From contig CAXXFF010000002.1 in the NCBI GenBank assembly GCA_963676835.2, positions 576,001 to 640,000 of the forward strand: a stretch of DNA of 64,000 nt, written 5' to 3'. This DNA comes from Marispirochaeta sp. Lineage in GTDB: Bacteria; Spirochaetota; Spirochaetia; JC444; Marispirochaetaceae. The position numbers and the translations under genes were made by a program. Shown here one piece after another: positions 29,331 through 42,583 of this stretch. The first letter of the stretch is position 1; each line of letters opens with the position of its first letter. The notes beneath the pieces are model-generated. The model was given only the letters and a program-made list of their open reading frames with translations, did no database searches and had not been told where the DNA came from.

Positions 29331-29644
29331 GTACTCTGATAAGGATCTCTTTCATAAGCATAAGAATCCCGGAGCAGCCATTTTACTGTCGGCTACACAG
29401 CTACGTGAGATGATTTCCGGTATATACATGGTCTTCTAATTTCCTGAAAAGATGGCACCGCCATATTCAACCTCTGCTGTTTATAATTCTGCAAGATAGA
29501 ATGGCTATTTAAAATGACAAGTCTCAACAAACCTTTTCAGGTCATACTGAGAAGACATCTACATTTTTCAAACAATTATTACAATGTGAATATTCCTGTT
29601 GATTAAGCAGCATTCAGGTGGTTGAACGGCGTCAAAACCAGCTC

Positions 29645-29660
29645 CGTTTCACGTGAAACA
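29645..29660. promoter_or_regulatory. parS site 3
   Basis: CGTTTCACGTGAAACA. Confidence 0.9.
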
Positions 29661-29769
29661 ATACGATGATTAAAAACCCCACCCTCCATAATAACGAGAA
29701 AGCCCCGCTGATTAAGAAACCTCCTGGTGGTTGAACAGAGTGGAAACCAGACACTGATACACTTATCTT

Positions 29770-29785
29770 TGTTTCACGTGAAACA
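29770..29785. promoter_or_regulatory. parS site 4
   Basis: TGTTTCACGTGAAACA, perfect palindrome. Confidence 0.93.
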
Positions 29786-29787
29786 GC

Positions 29788-29820
29788 AAAAAAAAGCCGC
29801 CCGGAAACCCGGACGGCTGC
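29788..29820 (-). terminator. Intrinsic terminator of gyrA
   Basis: Minus strand agccgtccgg-gttt-ccgggcggct followed by a T tract. Confidence 0.85.
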
Positions 29821-29824
29821 TGAT

Positions 29825-29840
29825 TGTTTCACGTGAAACG
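29825..29840. promoter_or_regulatory. parS site 5, abutting the gyrA stop codon
   Basis: TGTTTCACGTGAAACG. Confidence 0.9.
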
Positions 29841-32381
29841 TTATTCTTCTTCGTTTAACTCATTTTCTACATCAGTCTCTTCGTCAAATAAATCTTCCTC
29901 TTCTTCCGATTGCTCATTTGACGCTTTTTCATCTGGTTTTTCCTGGGTCTCCTCATCCTCTTTTACAACCCTGGCAACCCCGATAACCACATCAGGAGGC
30001 GTAATGTTAACAATCCGCACACCAAAGGCCGATTTACCCATTACAGAGATCTCTTCAGACTTAATCTTGATGGCCACACCCTGAGAAGTTATGCAGACAA
30101 TCTCGTCATCCTCGTTAAGTGAGGTAACTCCGATAATTTCACCGGTTTTTTCAGATATCTTATAGGCAATCTGACCCCTGGTAGCTCTTCCGTGGGGAGA
30201 AAAATTATCATAATCCGTCCGCTTACCGTATCCGTATTCAGAAAGAAGCAGCATCTTTTCCTCATTATTCACGATCAGAATACCCGCAAGCTCATCTTCT
30301 TTCTGTAGTTTTATCCCCTGAACACCCCTGGAGGCCCTGCCCATGGTTCTCACAGCCTCTTCGTGAAAACGCAGAGCCTGACCGTGCTTGGAAACCAGTA
30401 CCAGCTCGTTATCACCGGTGGTCAGTTTCGCACTGATAAGCATATCTCCCTGATCCAGATTGATGGCCCGTATTCCCCGGGCTCTGGCATTGGAAAAGTC
30501 GGAAATATTAACCTTCTTTACCACACCCCTGCTGGTACCCATGAAAATGCAGCCTTTCTGCTCAAAATCATGGATGGAAACCACCGCATTTATCTCTTCA
30601 TCTGCAGTAATCTGCAGCAGCGCCCGGATATTGGTACCCCGGGAAGTTCTGGAACCTTCGGGGATTTCGTGAACCTTGATCCAGTAGGCCTTTCCTTCGG
30701 AGGTAATACAGAGGATATAGTCATGGGTAGAGGCGATAAACAGGTTTTCAATAAAGTCTTCATCCCGGAGATTGGCTGAGGATGAACCCTTACCGCCTCT
30801 TCCCTGGTTTCTGTAGGCGGAAACCGGAACCCGTTTGATCATTCCACGGTTGGTTGTCAGCACAACCATATCCTCTTTCTTGATCAGGTCCTCAATGTTA
30901 ATTTCCTCAACTTCATCGGCAACAATCTCTGTACGCCGTTCATCACCGTACTTTTCACCGATTTCGAGGGTTTCTTCCTTAACAACCTGCAGAATCTTAC
31001 GTACATCTGAAAGAAGATCCTTGAAATAGGCAATCTGGGCTCGTACTTCGTTCAGTTCATCTACAATCTTCTGGGTTTCCAGGCTGGTAAGCTTCTGAAG
31101 ACGCATATCCAGTATGGCCTGAGCCTGCCGTTCGGAAAGCTCAAAGGTTTTCATCAGGTTTTCCCTGGCGGTATCAACATTACGGGAAGCCTTGATTATG
31201 CGGATTACCTCATCAATGTTATCCAGGGCAATCTTCAGACCGATAAGAATATGTTCCCGCTCTTCGGCCTTTTTCAGGTCATACTTTGTACGCCGGGTAA
31301 CTACTTCTTCCCGGTGATCAACAAAATAACGGATACTGTCCTTCAGGGTAAGCATCTGGGGCTTACCGTCCACCAGTGCGAGGTTATTTACATTGAAGTT
31401 CTGCTGCAGTGCAGTGTGGGTAAAAAGCTGATTGAGAATAATCTTGGGGATTGCGTCCCGTTTCAGCTCTATCACCATACGCATACCGTTTCTGTCGGAT
31501 TCATCCCGCAAATCGGATATGCCGTCAATCTTTTTATCCCGGATTAGCTCGGCAATACGGATCATCAGATTGGCTTTATTTACCGCATAGGGAAGTTCGG
31601 TAACAATTATCCGTTCCTTGCCCCGTTTGGTCTCTTCAAGGGTAAACCGGGCACGGACGACAACCTTGCCCCGGCCGGTGGTATAAGCCTTCTTGATTCC
31701 CCGTCTACCAAAGATTATTCCACCGGTAGGAAAATCAGGACCCTTGATAAAGGCCATAAGATGCTTGATCTCAATCTCGGGATTATCGATATAAGCACCG
31801 ATTCCCTGGCAGATCTCTTTCAGATTATTGGGGGGAATGTTTGTGGCCATTCCGACGGCAATTCCACTGGCTCCATTGGCAAGGAGATAGGGAAAGGCCG
31901 CCGGCAGCACCAGGGGTTCGTCCATGGAATCATCATAGTTGGGACCGAAATCAACGGTCTCCTTCTTTATATCCCGGATCATCTCCTCTGCTATTCGCTG
32001 CAGCTTTGCTTCTGTATAACGCATAGCCGCCGGCGGGTCGCCGTCAACGGATCCGAAGTTTCCCTGACCGTTAACCACGGGATAGCGCATGGAGAAAGTC
32101 TGGGCAAGACGCACCAGGGCATCGTAAACCGAGGCATCACCGTGGGGGTGGAATTTTCCAAGAACGTCCCCGACAATACGGGCACATTTTTTGTTGGGAC
32201 GGTCATAGCGCAGTCCCATCTCGCTCATACCGTAGAGAATCCGGCGGTGTACCGGCTTCAGTCCGTCCCGTGCGTCCGGCAGAGCCCGGCTCACGATTAC
32301 CGACATGGCATAGTTGAGATAGGACTCCTTGATTTCGTCCTCAATAGCTACGGGTATTACTTTCCCGGTGGTCTCTTCCAT
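29841..32381 (-). CDS. gyrA: DNA gyrase subunit A
   Basis: [17 protein letters not shown], GyrA box QGRGGKG. Confidence 0.98.
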   Translation of the reverse strand: MEETTGKVIPVAIEDEIKESYLNYAMSVIVSRALPDARDGLKPVHRRILYGMSEMGLRYDRPNKKCARIVGDVLGKFHPHGDASVYDALVRLAQTFSMRYPVVNGQGNFGSVDGDPPAAMRYTEAKLQRIAEEMIRDIKKETVDFGPNYDDSMDEPLVLPAAFPYLLANGASGIAVGMATNIPPNNLKEICQGIGAYIDNPEIEIKHLMAFIKGPDFPTGGIIFGRRGIKKAYTTGRGKVVVRARFTLEETKRGKERIIVTELPYAVNKANLMIRIAELIRDKKIDGISDLRDESDRNGMRMVIELKRDAIPKIILNQLFTHTALQQNFNVNNLALVDGKPQMLTLKDSIRYFVDHREEVVTRRTKYDLKKAEEREHILIGLKIALDNIDEVIRIIKASRNVDTARENLMKTFELSERQAQAILDMRLQKLTSLETQKIVDELNEVRAQIAYFKDLLSDVRKILQVVKEETLEIGEKYGDERRTEIVADEVEEINIEDLIKKEDMVVLTTNRGMIKRVPVSAYRNQGRGGKGSSSANLRDEDFIENLFIASTHDYILCITSEGKAYWIKVHEIPEGSRTSRGTNIRALLQITADEEINAVVSIHDFEQKGCIFMGTSRGVVKKVNISDFSNARARGIRAINLDQGDMLISAKLTTGDNELVLVSKHGQALRFHEEAVRTMGRASRGVQGIKLQKEDELAGILIVNNEEKMLLLSEYGYGKRTDYDNFSPHGRATRGQIAYKISEKTGEIIGVTSLNEDDEIVCITSQGVAIKIKSEEISVMGKSAFGVRIVNITPPDVVIGVARVVKEDEETQEKPDEKASNEQSEEEEDLFDEETDVENELNEEE

Positions 32382-32516
32382 TTCAAGAGCTCCTTTTTAT
32401 CTGCTGCAGACTCTAGCTTTCATACATATGCTTGTTCAGCCTGTATCCCGCTCTGAAAATGCAGTCCGGAAGGGAGTGCACAGACAGGCGGGAGATCTGC
32501 ATCATTAATAATCTTC

Positions 32517-34825
<2,309 letters not shown>

Positions 34826-36307
34826 ATGAATAGTGTAGACTGGGACTACAGTCTCTTCTGGAAAGAGGCACTCAACCAGATAAGCCGGGATATATCCGAA
34901 CAGGAATATATGATGTGGCTTAAAAATATTGAATACGATTCCTCCGGCGAAACCCAGATTACCTTAAGTGTTCCCTCCGCATTCTATCGGGATCAGGTAA
35001 AACAGCGGTATCAGAGCCTCATAGAAGAAAAACTCAGCGAACTTACCGGTAGTTCCATTCGTCTGGATTATGTGGTAAAAGCACGGGATCTTACCCAGAT
35101 TAAGGAAACATCAGATATTCCCCGTTCTGATATAGCTGAACCATCGGTTTCTGCAATATCAGATCCGGCTCCTTCGGTTTCTTCTACTATAGATACACCT
35201 GAGCGGCATCCGCTTACAGCACCTCTTCATGAAACAACCGTAGTCGAACACCGTATACCGAGAAGGATCCATCCCGATCTCAGAGGTGATTATACCTTTG
35301 AAAATTTTGTTATCGGCGATAACAATACCTTTGCAGCCAATGCCGCCATGGCAATAGCCAAGAATCCGGGAACCGCATACAACCCCTGTCTTATTTACGG
35401 GGGTGTTGGTCTCGGCAAAACCCATCTGGTCCAGTCCATCGGTAATGCGGCATATCAGAAAATAGACTCCTTCAAGGTTATCTATGTGACCTCAGAAACC
35501 TTTATGAACGAGTTTATCCAGGCCATCGGCGAAAAGAAGAATGCCCAGTTTAAAAACCGGTACAGAAACGCAGACCTTCTTCTTATAGATGATATCCAGT
35601 TTCTCCAGGGAAAAGAGGCTACCCTGGAAGAACTCTTCCATACCTTCAATGCCCTCTATGACAGCAATAAACAGATGGTATTTACCTGTGACCGCCCTGT
35701 CTCTGAGTTGAAAAATCTTACTGCCCGCCTTCAGAGCAGATTCGAACGGGGATTGAATGTTGACCTTCAGCCGCCGAATTATGAAACCCGACTTGCTATT
35801 CTTAAACAGAAAGTGGAAGAAAAGCATGTTGATATATCCGATGAGGTAATTAATCTGGTATGTAACCGGATTACCACCAATGTTCGTGACCTTGAAGCGG
35901 CACTTACAAAATTGATGGCCTATGCGGATCTGCTTAACAAGCGGGTAACCCTGGATATAGCGGAACAGCAACTGAAGGATGTTTTTAACAATACCCGCAC
36001 CGGTGCAATTTCGATGGATACCATTCAGAAAGTAGTATCCGACCATTACAGCCTCTCCTACAACGATATGCGGGGTAAGAAAAGAACCAAGGCAATTGCA
36101 TTTCCCCGGCAGATAGCCATGTATATAGCCAGGGAAATTACTGAATACTCAACAACAGAGGTTGGACTTGCTTTTGGAGGCAGGGATCACACAACTGTAA
36201 TGCATGCATGTCAGCGGGTAGAGAGCAGAATGAAAACTGATTCAAGTCTGGAACCGGTAATTCAGCAGCTTATCCGGGCAATTAAAGAGTATGGAACAAA
36301 TTCTTAG
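34826..36307 (+). CDS. dnaA: Chromosomal replication initiator DnaA
   Basis: YGGVGLGKTHL, LLIDDIQF, GGRDHTTVMHA. Confidence 0.98.
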   Translation: MNSVDWDYSLFWKEALNQISRDISEQEYMMWLKNIEYDSSGETQITLSVPSAFYRDQVKQRYQSLIEEKLSELTGSSIRLDYVVKARDLTQIKETSDIPRSDIAEPSVSAISDPAPSVSSTIDTPERHPLTAPLHETTVVEHRIPRRIHPDLRGDYTFENFVIGDNNTFAANAAMAIAKNPGTAYNPCLIYGGVGLGKTHLVQSIGNAAYQKIDSFKVIYVTSETFMNEFIQAIGEKKNAQFKNRYRNADLLLIDDIQFLQGKEATLEELFHTFNALYDSNKQMVFTCDRPVSELKNLTARLQSRFERGLNVDLQPPNYETRLAILKQKVEEKHVDISDEVINLVCNRITTNVRDLEAALTKLMAYADLLNKRVTLDIAEQQLKDVFNNTRTGAISMDTIQKVVSDHYSLSYNDMRGKKRTKAIAFPRQIAMYIAREITEYSTTEVGLAFGGRDHTTVMHACQRVESRMKTDSSLEPVIQQLIRAIKEYGTNS

Positions 36308-36517
36308 AAACATGGTAATACTATGGGGATAAAGCTGAATAAGTTTTTGACGCTGTGGATGATGTGAATGGACTGTGGAAACAGGATACCTGGTTATACA
36401 GAAGCTAAAATGATGTTCTGTAAGGGATTAAAACCCTTTTCCACAAAATCACAGCCCCTATTACTATTTCTACTATATTATATATATTAATTAGATATTA
36501 ATAAGGAGACGGACAGT
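36308..36517. other. oriC part 2: DnaA boxes plus DnaA-trio unwinding element
   Basis: TTTTCCACA-AAATCACA-GCCC-CTA TTA CTA TTT CTA CTA then an AT tract (36437-36503), with degenerate boxes upstream. Confidence 0.85.
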
Positions 36518-37621
36518 ATGAAATTTACCTGCGATAAAGCGAGTATTCTTCGGGAAGTATCCGTTGCACAGGATATAATCTCTTCCCGTAATGCTCTTTC
36601 CATTCTTTCCAATGTACTCATTGAAGTAGCAGATAATACACTTATATTGAAAGCAACTGATTTAAAGGTTGGTTTTGAAACTCAGTTTCCTGTAGATGTA
36701 GCCGTTCCCGGCAGCACAACTGTCTACTGTGATAAATTTTTAGGTATTCTCCGCAGTCTCCCTGAAGGTGAGGTTGAGTTTGAACAGCAGGATACCCGTC
36801 TGGTAATACGGCCTCTCTTCAAAAAAATTGATTTTCAGCTGAAAAGCATTACCTCAGATAAATATCCCGAAATACAGGAAGTAAGCAGGGATACCTTCTT
36901 CACAGTTCCTCAGGTTGATCTTATTGAAATGATTACCCAGACTATTTTTGCCATTTCAGATGATGAGACCCGCTATTTTATGAACGGTGTCTATTTTGAG
37001 AAATCTGAAAGTGCTCTGATCATGGTTGCCACCGATGGACGCAGACTTTCCTATATTTCAAAGGAAGTTGACGGATCCATACCGGATTTTGCCGGAGTAA
37101 TTGTGCCTCCCAAGGTACTGAATCTGGTTCGTAAACTTGCTTCCGGCGAGGGTGATATTTCCATCGCGGTAACAGATAAAAATATCTTCATGCAGTTCGA
37201 TAACCAGAAGATTTCTTCAAACCTGATTGAAGGTCAGTTTCCCAACTACCGGCGGGTTATTCCCGACGCTCAGGAACACCGGATTACCATTAATCGGGAT
37301 GAACTGGTGGATGCCCTCAGACGTGTATCACTGCTGGTAGAGCAGAAATCCCGCAGGGTTTACATGGCTCTGAATGAAAACAGCCTGGTACTTAATTCGG
37401 AGGAATCTGAAATTGGAATTGCCCGGGAAGAGATTGCCTGTGAATATTCCGGACCGGAAACTACAATTGCTTTGAATTATCTCTACCTGATGGATCCTTT
37501 AAAGGTAATCAATCATGAAGAGATTGCCCTGGAGTACACAGAGGCGAATAAAGCGATTTCAATCCTTTCCGTTCCCCCCGGAGACTATTTTCACATAATT
37601 ATGCCAATGCAGCTTGATTAA
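36518..37621 (+). CDS. dnaN: DNA polymerase III beta clamp
   Basis: ATDL, VATDGRRL, EGQFPNYRRVIP, IMPM. Confidence 0.97.
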   Translation: MKFTCDKASILREVSVAQDIISSRNALSILSNVLIEVADNTLILKATDLKVGFETQFPVDVAVPGSTTVYCDKFLGILRSLPEGEVEFEQQDTRLVIRPLFKKIDFQLKSITSDKYPEIQEVSRDTFFTVPQVDLIEMITQTIFAISDDETRYFMNGVYFEKSESALIMVATDGRRLSYISKEVDGSIPDFAGVIVPPKVLNLVRKLASGEGDISIAVTDKNIFMQFDNQKISSNLIEGQFPNYRRVIPDAQEHRITINRDELVDALRRVSLLVEQKSRRVYMALNENSLVLNSEESEIGIAREEIACEYSGPETTIALNYLYLMDPLKVINHEEIALEYTEANKAISILSVPPGDYFHIIMPMQLD

Positions 37622-38700
37622 TGGGTTTTCGTCGTATTGCTTTATACGGCTACCGTAATCTTGCGGATGCAGCGGTATCTACCGATGCCAAAGAGGTTTT
37701 CCTTGTCGGTGAAAACGGACAGGGAAAAACCAATTTTCTGGAAGCAGTTTATACCTTAAGCTTCGGCAGCTCCTTCAGAACGGTTTCTGATTCCCTTATT
37801 CCAAGAACAGGTACAAAAGAGTTCTCATTACGGGCTGATTTCAGAGACGATGACAAAGAGCTGGATATGTCTCTGATATACCGGAATGGAAAAAAAGAGA
37901 TCCGCCTTGATGGTCAGAGAATTAAAGACAGGAAAGAACTGGTTTCCACCATCCCCTGTATAGTTTTTACCCACGGAGATATTGAGTTTGCTTCAGGCAG
38001 GCCTGAACGTCGCCGCTGGTTTATAAACCAGATTATGAGTCTCTTCAATCCGCTCTATATCGATATTCTCAGGCGGTATAACCGGCTGCTGAAAAGCAAG
38101 AATATTCTTCTCAGGGAAAAAAAGCCGGCTCTACTGGATAGCTATGATCAGCAGCTTGCTTCAGCAGGACTGGAAATTCAGCAGCGGCGAAGAGAAACCA
38201 TTGCAGATTTTAATATAACTTTTTCACGGCTGTTTTCAGAAATATCCCGTATTCCCGGCACTCTAACCATTGAATACCGTCCTTCATGGAAACAGGCTAA
38301 TACAGAATCAGATATTCTGGACATTTTAAAAGAACACCGCCAGCGTGATATGCAGCAGGGAGTCTCCACCAGCGGGCCCCATCGGGACAGAATCCGCTTT
38401 CTTATGGATGGTGATGACTTTGTAGCCACCGCCTCTACCGGTCAACTCAGGCTTATCTCTCTGGTTCTCAGGGTAGCCCAGAGTATCTATTTTGCTGAAA
38501 AAACCCGGCGTAAACCGGTACTGCTTTTAGATGATGTACTGCTGGAGCTTGATCTGGAACGGCGCAAACGTTTTCTCAATGCCCTGCCGGAATATGAGCA
38601 GGCTTTTTTCACCTTTCTGCCGGATGAACCCTACCGGGATTACCGTAAGGAAAACACTATAATTTTGCGTACTGATTCTGGTATACTTACACCGCAATGA
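37621..38700 (+). CDS. recF: DNA replication/repair protein RecF
   Basis: GENGQGKTN, GPHRD, STGQ, LLLDDV. Confidence 0.96.
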   Translation: MGFRRIALYGYRNLADAAVSTDAKEVFLVGENGQGKTNFLEAVYTLSFGSSFRTVSDSLIPRTGTKEFSLRADFRDDDKELDMSLIYRNGKKEIRLDGQRIKDRKELVSTIPCIVFTHGDIEFASGRPERRRWFINQIMSLFNPLYIDILRRYNRLLKSKNILLREKKPALLDSYDQQLASAGLEIQQRRRETIADFNITFSRLFSEISRIPGTLTIEYRPSWKQANTESDILDILKEHRQRDMQQGVSTSGPHRDRIRFLMDGDDFVATASTGQLRLISLVLRVAQSIYFAEKTRRKPVLLLDDVLLELDLERRKRFLNALPEYEQAFFTFLPDEPYRDYRKENTIILRTDSGILTPQ

Positions 38701-39170
38701 AGCAGGCCCGGGAACTCATTACAAAGCTCTTCGATAATATTAACCAGCAGGATCTTAAAACCTACAGTGGTCTATTTTCTTCCTGGACAAAAATAGCCGG
38801 TACCGATATTGCGGCTCACTCAAAGATTCTCGAATTTGACCGCCAGATACTCTATATCGGTGTTGATCATCCAGGCTGGATGCAGATGATTGGCTTTAAA
38901 AAGGCCGGTATTCTTAAAGCTCTGAAAAAACAGTATCCCGACCTGAAGATCAAGGATCTGCGTCTCCTGTTGACTGAAGGAGTAGCTGATGAGGTTATGG
39001 AGGAGCGTTTTTCTCCCCCTCATGGATCACAGAACCAAGCCTCTATGGATGATCCCAATAGTGATGAGATGCGGCAGGAAGATACCGAGCCTGAAATTTC
39101 TGAGGAATTCAGCCGGAAACTGGCTAAACTGGGCCGTTCAATTGAGAAAAAATGGCAGGGAAGTGACTGA
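38697..39170 (+). CDS. dciA: DUF721 / DciA family helicase-associated protein
   Basis: W..IAG..IAAHS.......L.I.V.HP.W motif with an acidic tail; follows recF. Confidence 0.8.
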   Translation: MKQARELITKLFDNINQQDLKTYSGLFSSWTKIAGTDIAAHSKILEFDRQILYIGVDHPGWMQMIGFKKAGILKALKKQYPDLKIKDLRLLLTEGVADEVMEERFSPPHGSQNQASMDDPNSDEMRQEDTEPEISEEFSRKLAKLGRSIEKKWQGSD

Positions 39171-39178
39171 CTGCTCCA

Positions 39179-39207
39179 TTGACTGAGAGGCGGGTAATTC
39201 GTATACT
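39179..39207 (+). promoter_or_regulatory. Sigma70-type promoter of the rpmH operon
   Basis: TTGACT-17 bp-TATACT. Confidence 0.75.
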
Positions 39208-39273
39208 ACGGCACCTGTTAAATACGCATCATAATGCGCTTAAAACGCGCGATAGATATTAAGGAGAATCCTG

Positions 39274-39429
39274 ATGAAGAGAACCTACCAGCCGAGCAGG
39301 GTTAAACGGAACAGAAAGTTCGGTTTTCGTGCCCGCATGAAGACTGTAGGCGGAAGACTTGTCCTGGCCCGCAGACGGCGGAAAGGACGGAAAAAACTGT
39401 CCGTCGCCGATGAGAAAAAGCCTTACTAG
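39274..39429 (+). CDS. rpmH: 50S ribosomal protein L34 (51 aa, missing from the ORF track)
   Basis: Translated by hand: [59 protein letters not shown]. Confidence 0.97.
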   Translation: MKRTYQPSRVKRNRKFGFRARMKTVGGRLVLARRRRKGRKKLSVADEKKPY

Positions 39430-39766
39430 GGATGAACGCCTCCGGAGAAAAAAGGATATAAAACGCCTTTTTACTGCCGGAAAATCAGTTTCCGGAGGAG
39501 CTATCCGGCTAATCTACCGGGCCAACGGCCTGGAAAACAGCCGGGTGCTCATCACTTTACGAAAGAAATTCGGAACAGCGGTAGAACGGAACAGAGCCCG
39601 GCGCCTGGTAAAAGAGGCCTACCGACATCTGAAAGACGGAATACCAAACAGGTACGATATCGGTTTTGTACTGTACGAAAAAGGATTGACCTATACCGAA
39701 ACTGTACAGCTGGTACTGACGCTCCTTAAGCGGGCGGGGTTATATGAGATTGAGAGACATAGTTAG
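39410..39766 (+). CDS. rnpA: Ribonuclease P protein component
   Basis: [27 protein letters not shown] (RNR motif); start taken as the ATG at 39410. Confidence 0.92.
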   Translation: MRKSLTRDERLRRKKDIKRLFTAGKSVSGGAIRLIYRANGLENSRVLITLRKKFGTAVERNRARRLVKEAYRHLKDGIPNRYDIGFVLYEKGLTYTETVQLVLTLLKRAGLYEIERHS

Positions 39767-39971
39767 TTTACCTCTCATTGGGCTTGTGCAGCTGTACAGA
39801 TTCGCTATTTCACCACTCCTTCCTCGAAGCTGCCGATTTTATCCTACCTGTTCGGCATATACCATTGAAGCATTAAAAAAACATGGCCCGGTTAAGGGAC
39901 TTGGACTTTCAGTGCGACGTATCAGCAGATGTCATCCTTGGAATCCCGGCGGGCACGATCCTGTTCCCTGA
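39744..39971 (+). CDS. yidD: Membrane protein insertion efficiency factor
   Basis: [24 protein letters not shown]. Confidence 0.95.
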   Translation: MRLRDIVSLPLIGLVQLYRFAISPLLPRSCRFYPTCSAYTIEALKKHGPVKGLGLSVRRISRCHPWNPGGHDPVP

Positions 39972-40023
39972 CCATTCAACGTAATGCTGTTTCGCCCCTT
40001 TATTCAAAAGGAGCATGATCTAA

Positions 40024-41766
40024 ATGGATAAGAATACCCTGTTGGCGGTTGTTCTTTCGGTAGTTGTTATTACCGTTGGATTCGCCGTTCAGCACACCCT
40101 CTTCCCTGCGCCGGAACCAGCCCAGGAACAGACCCAGACAGCTGTTGCACCTGCACCGGTTGAAGAGGCAGCACCCCAGGCAGAATCAACCGGAGTACCC
40201 CAGGCAAGTTCTGTACTTACTTCGACTGAAACTTCAGCAGTCATAGAAGAGAATCCGGTTATAGAAACCGATATCTTTGTGGCGACATTCTCAAACAAGG
40301 GCGGAGTACTTACTTCTCTGAAGCTCAAAGAACATGAAGAGAACGGTGAACCCCTGGAGATGATTTTCTCAGGCGACAGCGGTGAAGCGGCCTTTAAGCT
40401 TCACTTCGGAGGACCCGATCGCATTGCGGTTAATGATCTTTTCAAGATAGTGCGTCTTGACGGATCAAGCATCCGTTTCGAACGGCAGTTTGCCTACCGG
40501 GATACCACCGGTGAGGTTGTACCCTTTACCCTGCAGAAAACCTATACCTTCAAGCCTGAAGATTATCTGTTTGAACTGGATATTACCGTAATAAACAGTG
40601 TAAACAGGGCACCGGTGCTCGATACTGACGGTTTTGCCTATACTCTCTCTTTCGGCCCCCAGATCGGCCCATCCTTTGACAAGCTCGGCGGCCGTGGTGA
40701 GTACCGGAACTTCTATCTCTATAATGGAGACAAGCGGAGCACGGTTAAGATCGATAAGGATGAGAAATACTCAAGCACTAATGAACGCTATGTCTGGGCA
40801 GCCCTTACGGGAAAATACTTTGCCTTTGTAGCGGTTCCGGATGCGACGGCCTATTCAACCACATTCTCAACCCGGCCCGTGGAAGGGCTTTCCGAAGCCT
40901 CCATGGTTCATTTTTCCCGGCCGGTAATTAAAAGCTCAAACAGCACCGATACCTTCCAGTTCTATTTCGGACCAAAAACACCGAAAATACTCAGTAAATA
41001 CGATACACCCGATGCCAACGGCTTCGGGGTTCAGGATCTTGATCTTGAAGAAGTGATCGATCAGGGAAGAATCCTCGGCTGGATGGAAGCAATCCTGAAG
41101 TTCCTGCTGGTAATGTTCTACAAACTGATACCTAACTATGGTGTGGCCATTATCCTGCTTACGGTTTTCATTAAGGTACTGCTTTTTCCGGTTACCCATA
41201 AAAGCTACGAGTCAACCAGCAAGATGCAGGCTGTGGCGCCGAAGATAACTGAACTGCGTGAGAAGTACAAAGACAACCCCAACAAGATGAATGCCGAAAT
41301 GGCACAGCTCTATAAACGTGAGGGTGTTAACCCCATGGGTGGTTGTCTTCCCATTATGCTGCAGATGCCGGTATTCATTGCTCTATATGGACTCCTGAAC
41401 AAGCATTTTGACCTGAGAGGCGCTGTATTTATTCAGGGATGGATAAATGACCTGTCCGCACCGGAAACAATCTTTACCCTGCCCTTTACGATTCCCTTCC
41501 TCGGCTGGAGTGAGATTCACCTGCTGCCCTTCCTTTTTGTGGGAACACAGCTGGTTTCCTCCAAGCAGATGAGCGCCGGAAGCGCCGGTATGTCCAACAG
41601 TCAGATGAAGATGATGACCTACATGATGCCCATCATGTTCTTCTTTATTCTGTACAATATGCCTTCAGGGCTGCTTCTGTACTGGACAGTAACCAATGCG
41701 CTTACCATGGGACAGCAGATGTTTATCAGCTGGCATCGCAAACGTAAAGAAAAATCAGCCTCCTAG
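40024..41766 (+). CDS. yidC: Membrane protein insertase YidC
   Basis: NYGVAIILLT, GGCLPIMLQMPVF, PSGLLLYW. Confidence 0.96.
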   Translation: MDKNTLLAVVLSVVVITVGFAVQHTLFPAPEPAQEQTQTAVAPAPVEEAAPQAESTGVPQASSVLTSTETSAVIEENPVIETDIFVATFSNKGGVLTSLKLKEHEENGEPLEMIFSGDSGEAAFKLHFGGPDRIAVNDLFKIVRLDGSSIRFERQFAYRDTTGEVVPFTLQKTYTFKPEDYLFELDITVINSVNRAPVLDTDGFAYTLSFGPQIGPSFDKLGGRGEYRNFYLYNGDKRSTVKIDKDEKYSSTNERYVWAALTGKYFAFVAVPDATAYSTTFSTRPVEGLSEASMVHFSRPVIKSSNSTDTFQFYFGPKTPKILSKYDTPDANGFGVQDLDLEEVIDQGRILGWMEAILKFLLVMFYKLIPNYGVAIILLTVFIKVLLFPVTHKSYESTSKMQAVAPKITELREKYKDNPNKMNAEMAQLYKREGVNPMGGCLPIMLQMPVFIALYGLLNKHFDLRGAVFIQGWINDLSAPETIFTLPFTIPFLGWSEIHLLPFLFVGTQLVSSKQMSAGSAGMSNSQMKMMTYMMPIMFFFILYNMPSGLLLYWTVTNALTMGQQMFISWHRKRKEKSAS

Positions 41767-41834
41767 GAAAAACCCTAACACGATTAAATAAAGGGGAGGC
41801 GCTCCCGCCCTGCGGGAGCCTTGAGGAGATATAT

Positions 41835-42482
41835 ATGATAAAAGAGTTCGAGGGGAAAAGCGAACAGGAGGCAATTGATAAAGCAATTGCCGACCTGAAC
41901 CTCGACCGGGAAGAGTTTGACGTTGAAATCGTTGAAACCTCCCGGAGAAGCCTCTTCAGAAAGGGTCCGGTAAAAATCCGGGTTCACATTACTGAGGAAG
42001 AGGATGAAGAAGAAACAGTACTTCCTCCTGCGGAGGGTCAGGAAGAAGAAATTATCGGCTTTATGACTACCCTTATGAGTAAAATGGGTTTTCCCGGAGA
42101 TGTGGTTGTCAGCGGAAGGGAACCCCGGAAAACTATTCTGAGGATAGATTCCGACTATTCCGGAATCCTTATCGGCCGTAAAGGCAAGAATCTGGATGCA
42201 CTGCAGGTTCTGGTAAATGTATTTGCCAGCAAGATCGGCTTTCCCAACCGGGTTGTGGTGGATGCGGAAAACTACCGCAGCCGCAGAGAGGAAAACCTGG
42301 TACGGATGGCGCGCAAAACAGCAGACCAGGTCCGCAGGTCCAGGGAGAGCAGACTGCTTGAACCGATGAACCCCTTCGAGAGAAGAATAATACACACTAC
42401 CCTTAACGGCATCGATGATATCGAGACCAAAAGTGAAGGCGAAGGACTGTTCAAGCAGGTACGGGTGCTTTACCGGGGATAA
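41835..42482 (+). CDS. jag: RNA-binding protein Jag/KhpB (Jag_N, KH, R3H domains)
   Basis: LIGRKGKNLDALQ (KH), PMNPFERRIIH (R3H). Confidence 0.94.
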   Translation: MIKEFEGKSEQEAIDKAIADLNLDREEFDVEIVETSRRSLFRKGPVKIRVHITEEEDEEETVLPPAEGQEEEIIGFMTTLMSKMGFPGDVVVSGREPRKTILRIDSDYSGILIGRKGKNLDALQVLVNVFASKIGFPNRVVVDAENYRSRREENLVRMARKTADQVRRSRESRLLEPMNPFERRIIHTTLNGIDDIETKSEGEGLFKQVRVLYRG

Positions 42483-42542
42483 TCACCCTGTGGATAAAGT
42501 GTGGAAGAATATTTACTGTTAAGCAGTTAAATACTGATATGG

Positions 42543-42583
42543 AAGCGGATTACCGGAATTTTCGGTAAATCCGCTTTTCTTTT
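42543..42583 (+). terminator. Intrinsic terminator after jag
   Basis: aagcggattaccg ... cggtaaatccgctt followed by ttctttt. Confidence 0.75.

Noticed and set aside
29154..29840. Repeated palindromes as a CRISPR array
   Set aside because: Spacing is irregular (111, 330, 125 and 55 bp), the core is the parS consensus, and no cas genes are present.
32382..32516. Structured RNA between gyrB and gyrA
   Set aside because: Only short 6-bp complementary segments; not distinguishable from chance.
39359..39409. Track start for rnpA; likewise the extended starts at 52861, 45648, 54410 and 17388
   Set aside because: The rnpA extension lies inside rpmH, and the other extensions precede the family-typical N-terminus; downstream starts fit better.
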